Source: a virus (lineage: Duplodnaviria; Caudoviricetes). Taken from it: a DNA stretch of 31,144 nt. Position 1 is the first letter of the stretch; the number at the start of each line of letters is the position of its first letter. The DNA is taken from positions 1 to 31,144 of the IMG/VR virus record IMGVR_UViG_3300012953_000121; one strand, written 5' to 3'. This document shows, one piece after another, positions 29,243 to 31,144 of the stretch. Made by a program: the position numbers and the translations under genes. The notes under the pieces are model-generated. The model was not told the origin of the DNA. It ran no database searches and saw nothing but the letters and a program-made list of their open reading frames with translations.

Positions 29243-29997
29243 TAGATTACTCTAGTCTTCTCATGACCCACACGAACACGAGGATCGCACCAGATCTCGA
29301 AACCTGCCTCCTTCGCATCTAGGCAGAATGAAACATCCTCTCCGCACATATCCTGTACTTCACCCGATTCAAAGACTTGCATCTTAGGAGCAAACCAAGG
29401 ATAAGGCATATCTTTATGTTCAAATACACCATTCTTAATAAGTAACCATCCAAATCCTGTATAATCAACAGTAAATGGTTTCTTTCTTTTCGAGATGCTT
29501 TCGATGGTTTCGTGATTCATCACACCACCATTAGTTCTGAAATCATCTTCTTCAAGCCAATGAGCAACTGATGTAGTCTTACCATCTTCTGTAGCATACC
29601 AACCAGCAGCTAAGTCCTTATCCATTAGAACGATCTGCCAGAACTTCTCTGTATTGAATACTATATCACTATCAATCCATAACTGATAATCATATTGTAA
29701 CTTGCCGTCCCAAGGTAACTGATCAGGTCCTCTGAGGACATTTGCTCCTAAACACTTACAACGAGCAAAGTTGACCATTGATGAGTAATCCTGTGAGATT
29801 TGGATACTTGCTCCACTCTGTACCAGATCAAAGCATAGTTGTACAAAACTCTTCAAAAATTGATAAGAAACTCCACGACCTGGTAAACAGAATACTACTG
29901 TCTTACCTTTGATGAGTTCTCTTGCTTGATCAAAATCCCACTCTGGTTCTTTCTGTACCACTGGGGATTTCGCTTTAACTGTAAATCCTTTTGCCAT
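29242..29997 (-). CDS. GT-A fold glycosyltransferase-like protein (251 aa)
   Basis: LWIDSD (DxD), YTGFGWLLIK, GEDVSFC and terminal VGHEK motifs resemble GT2-like nucleotide-diphospho-sugar transferases. Confidence 0.7.
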   Translation of the reverse strand: MAKGFTVKAKSPVVQKEPEWDFDQARELIKGKTVVFCLPGRGVSYQFLKSFVQLCFDLVQSGASIQISQDYSSMVNFARCKCLGANVLRGPDQLPWDGKLQYDYQLWIDSDIVFNTEKFWQIVLMDKDLAAGWYATEDGKTTSVAHWLEEDDFRTNGGVMNHETIESISKRKKPFTVDYTGFGWLLIKNGVFEHKDMPYPWFAPKMQVFESGEVQDMCGEDVSFCLDAKEAGFEIWCDPRVRVGHEKTRVI

Positions 29998-30020
29998 AAC
30001 CTACGTAATGTTATATCAAT

Positions 30021-30049
30021 ATTATATCAGTATATGTAGGTTTAGTCAA
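30021..30049 (-). promoter_or_regulatory. sigma70-type promoter TTGACT-N17-TATAAT
   Basis: -35 at 30049-30044 and -10 at 30026-30021 with a 17-nt spacer, 23 nt upstream of the ATG at 29997. Confidence 0.85.
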
Positions 30050-30071
30050 CTTAAATTATAAGGTAGTGATA

Positions 30072-30266
30072 TCAGTACGATGCGTCTGTCATATTCTCTT
30101 GTTGAAATTCTTCATATGATAATTCTTCCCTAAAGTATGATTGATATATTCTTCCCCATATCAACTTAAATTCATAATCATCAAGATCCTTGAAGAGACA
30201 CTCTCCTCTTAGATATATGTGAAACGTACTAGTCTTTTGATTCTGTAATGATGAGTTCATCGCCAT
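30072..30266 (-). CDS. small hypothetical protein (64 aa; start may be 30260), paralogue of 29084..29242
   Basis: FHIYLRGECLFKDLDDYEF aligns with YNILIDGEVVYKNLTEDEY; overlaps the upstream AbrB-like gene. Confidence 0.7.
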   Translation of the reverse strand: MAMNSSLQNQKTSTFHIYLRGECLFKDLDDYEFKLIWGRIYQSYFREELSYEEFQQENMTDASY

Positions 30267-30402
30267 CTGTCTTAAAACTTACTTCTGTATCTTCAAACCA
30301 ACCCTGATCATTTATAGCCCATTCAGGGATTCTTACATAATACTCACCAGATACTGTATCAACTTCTATGGGGCGTTTTTCCTCTGGGTTATTTTTTTGC
30401 AT
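30229..30402 (-). CDS. AbrB/MazE/SpoVT-like swapped-hairpin DNA-binding protein (57 aa)
   Basis: GEYYVRIPEW.I...GW.EDTEV.F...GDELII pattern. Start moved to the ATG at 30402 because the track's start (30435) lies inside the promoter. Confidence 0.7.
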   Translation of the reverse strand: MQKNNPEEKRPIEVDTVSGEYYVRIPEWAINDQGWFEDTEVSFKTDGDELIITESKD

Positions 30403-30423
30403 TCCGTAGTATTCTGTTATGAC

Positions 30424-30452
30424 ATTATATATCAATTACGAATTATTAGCAA
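30424..30452 (-). promoter_or_regulatory. sigma70-type promoter TTGCTA-N17-TATAAT
   Basis: -35 at 30452-30447, -10 at 30429-30424, 21 nt upstream of the ATG at 30402. Confidence 0.7.
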
Positions 30453-30454
30453 GT

Positions 30455-30629
30455 CAACCCTGTGGGGAATTTTTAACAGGGAAAAAAAATTTGAGTTTCA
30501 TTGAGATATTGTTCTCGCTTCCGTAACACTTTGTAGGTTAGGGTAGTTAAGCGTTTTTCAACGGGCGGGGGCGGGGCAACGCCCACCACGGGGGCACTGC
30601 CGAATCACGAACCCATTGGGGGGTGTGGA
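30455..30629. other. non-coding element with G-tract cluster, short inverted repeats and an A-tract (candidate origin or structured RNA)
   Basis: No credible ORF; G runs at 30563-65, 30567-71, 30573-76, 30590-94 and 30618-23; ccctgt/acaggg inverted repeat 30458-30481 followed by an A-tract. Confidence 0.45.
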
Positions 30630-30842
30630 TTACCTCACATCACCCAAGGCGGTGGCAACTGTGTTAGAGGTAATACCGTTATTAGAAGCACAGCGTACTC
30701 TGCTGCTGCCTCCCTTAATTTGGTTTACCCACTTATTACGCTTCGCACCGTGTGCTGTTCTTAAGCGTGTTACCTTCCAAACTCTACCGTTGATTTCTAC
30801 CTCAGTGGTAGGAACTGTTAAACCGAATGGAGTTGTGTTCAT
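30630..30842 (-). CDS. small basic early hypothetical protein (70 aa)
   Basis: MNTTPFGLTVPTTEVEINGRVWKVTRLRT...; start placed at the ATG at 30842, downstream of a TATACT -10. The longer track ORF runs through the regulatory palindrome and overlaps the upstream gene. Confidence 0.7.
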   Translation of the reverse strand: MNTTPFGLTVPTTEVEINGRVWKVTRLRTAHGAKRNKWVNQIKGGSSRVRCASNNGITSNTVATALGDVR

Positions 30843-30863
30843 AACGAATTTGTTTGGTATACA

Positions 30864-30926
30864 AGTATAATAAACCAGCACACGCACGAATAGAGAAAGC
30901 GTGTGCCAGTTTTTGGATTGGCACAC
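30864..30926 (-). promoter_or_regulatory. early promoter: GTGTGCCA-N10-TGGCACAC palindrome plus TATACT -10
   Basis: Perfect 8-bp inverted repeat at 30901-30908/30919-30926; TATACT at 30869-30864; no good -35. Confidence 0.65.
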
Positions 30927-31105
30927 TAATGCCGATCTGATACGTTCCAAGTACCGTAGTTTGAAGGGGCGGGGCGTAAACCCATACGCACTTCGTGATC
31001 GATCCGTGCTTGAATCATTTCCTTTGCTACCATGTGTTCGCAGAACTGAACCATATTTGGTGAGCAGTAGTAACCGTTTCCAGTGATGAGTGTTTTGTTT
31101 TTCAT
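30926..31105 (-). CDS. small early hypothetical protein (59 aa; not in the ORF track)
   Basis: Hand translation MKNKTLITGNGYYCSPNMVQFCEHMVAKEMIQARIDHEVRMGLRPAPSNYGTWNVSDRH*; promoter directly upstream; the stop abuts the palindrome. Confidence 0.7.
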   Translation of the reverse strand: MKNKTLITGNGYYCSPNMVQFCEHMVAKEMIQARIDHEVRMGLRPAPSNYGTWNVSDRH

Positions 31106-31111
31106 ACTCTT

Positions 31112-31120
31112 AGTATAGCA
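31112..31120 (-). promoter_or_regulatory. extended -10 promoter (TGcTATACT), probably giving a leaderless mRNA
   Basis: Minus strand reads tttgcTATACTaagagtATG; only 6 nt separate the -10 from the ATG. Confidence 0.65.
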
Positions 31121-31144
31121 AATAAAGGGGCAGTGAGAAGGGGG

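Noticed and set aside
30458-30490. Hairpin plus A/T tract as an intrinsic terminator
   Set aside because: On the transcribed minus strand the U-tract precedes the stem, the stem is only 6 bp and the loop is long; on the plus strand the stem is followed by A's.
30843-30950. N-terminal extension of the 106-aa track ORF 30630..30950
   Set aside because: It runs through the palindrome and -10 and overlaps the 59-aa gene; the ATG at 30842 is more plausible.
30616-31086. Plus-strand ORFs 30616..30870 and 30901..31086
   Set aside because: Antisense to better-supported minus-strand ORFs that have their own promoters.
1-31144. tRNA or rRNA genes
   Set aside because: No cloverleaf with T-loop/D-loop consensus was found in the few intergenic gaps.

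Overview
This is an AT-rich segment of a T4-like marine cyanomyovirus (Kyanoviridae-like; the low GC suggests a Prochlorococcus phage, which is inference). All credible genes are on the minus strand. In the direction of transcription (right to left) the window holds: the end of an early cluster of small ORFs with sigma70-type -10 elements and a palindromic upstream motif; a GC-rich non-coding element (~30455-30630); an AbrB-like gene; two small paralogous ORFs flanking a GT-A glycosyltransferase-like gene; a small basic ORF; and a 2OG-Fe(II) oxygenase. The late baseplate module follows (gp25, gp6, a 5073-aa gp7, gp8, a 2507-aa VrlC-like protein) under TATAAATA late promoters, then small ORFs and the start of a tail-fibre-like gene. 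Two observations stand out. (1) A three-gene cassette coupled to the end of vrlC encodes a T3-SAMase/Svi3-3-like SAM lyase and a second small protein, both starting with T4-type capsid-targeting leaders. This suggests a late-made, virion-packaged, co-injected anti-restriction/anti-BREX enzyme. (2) Nine ~90-100-aa repeat units in gp7 are nested inside one another rather than arranged in tandem. All assignments come from recognising motifs by eye; no database searches were run.
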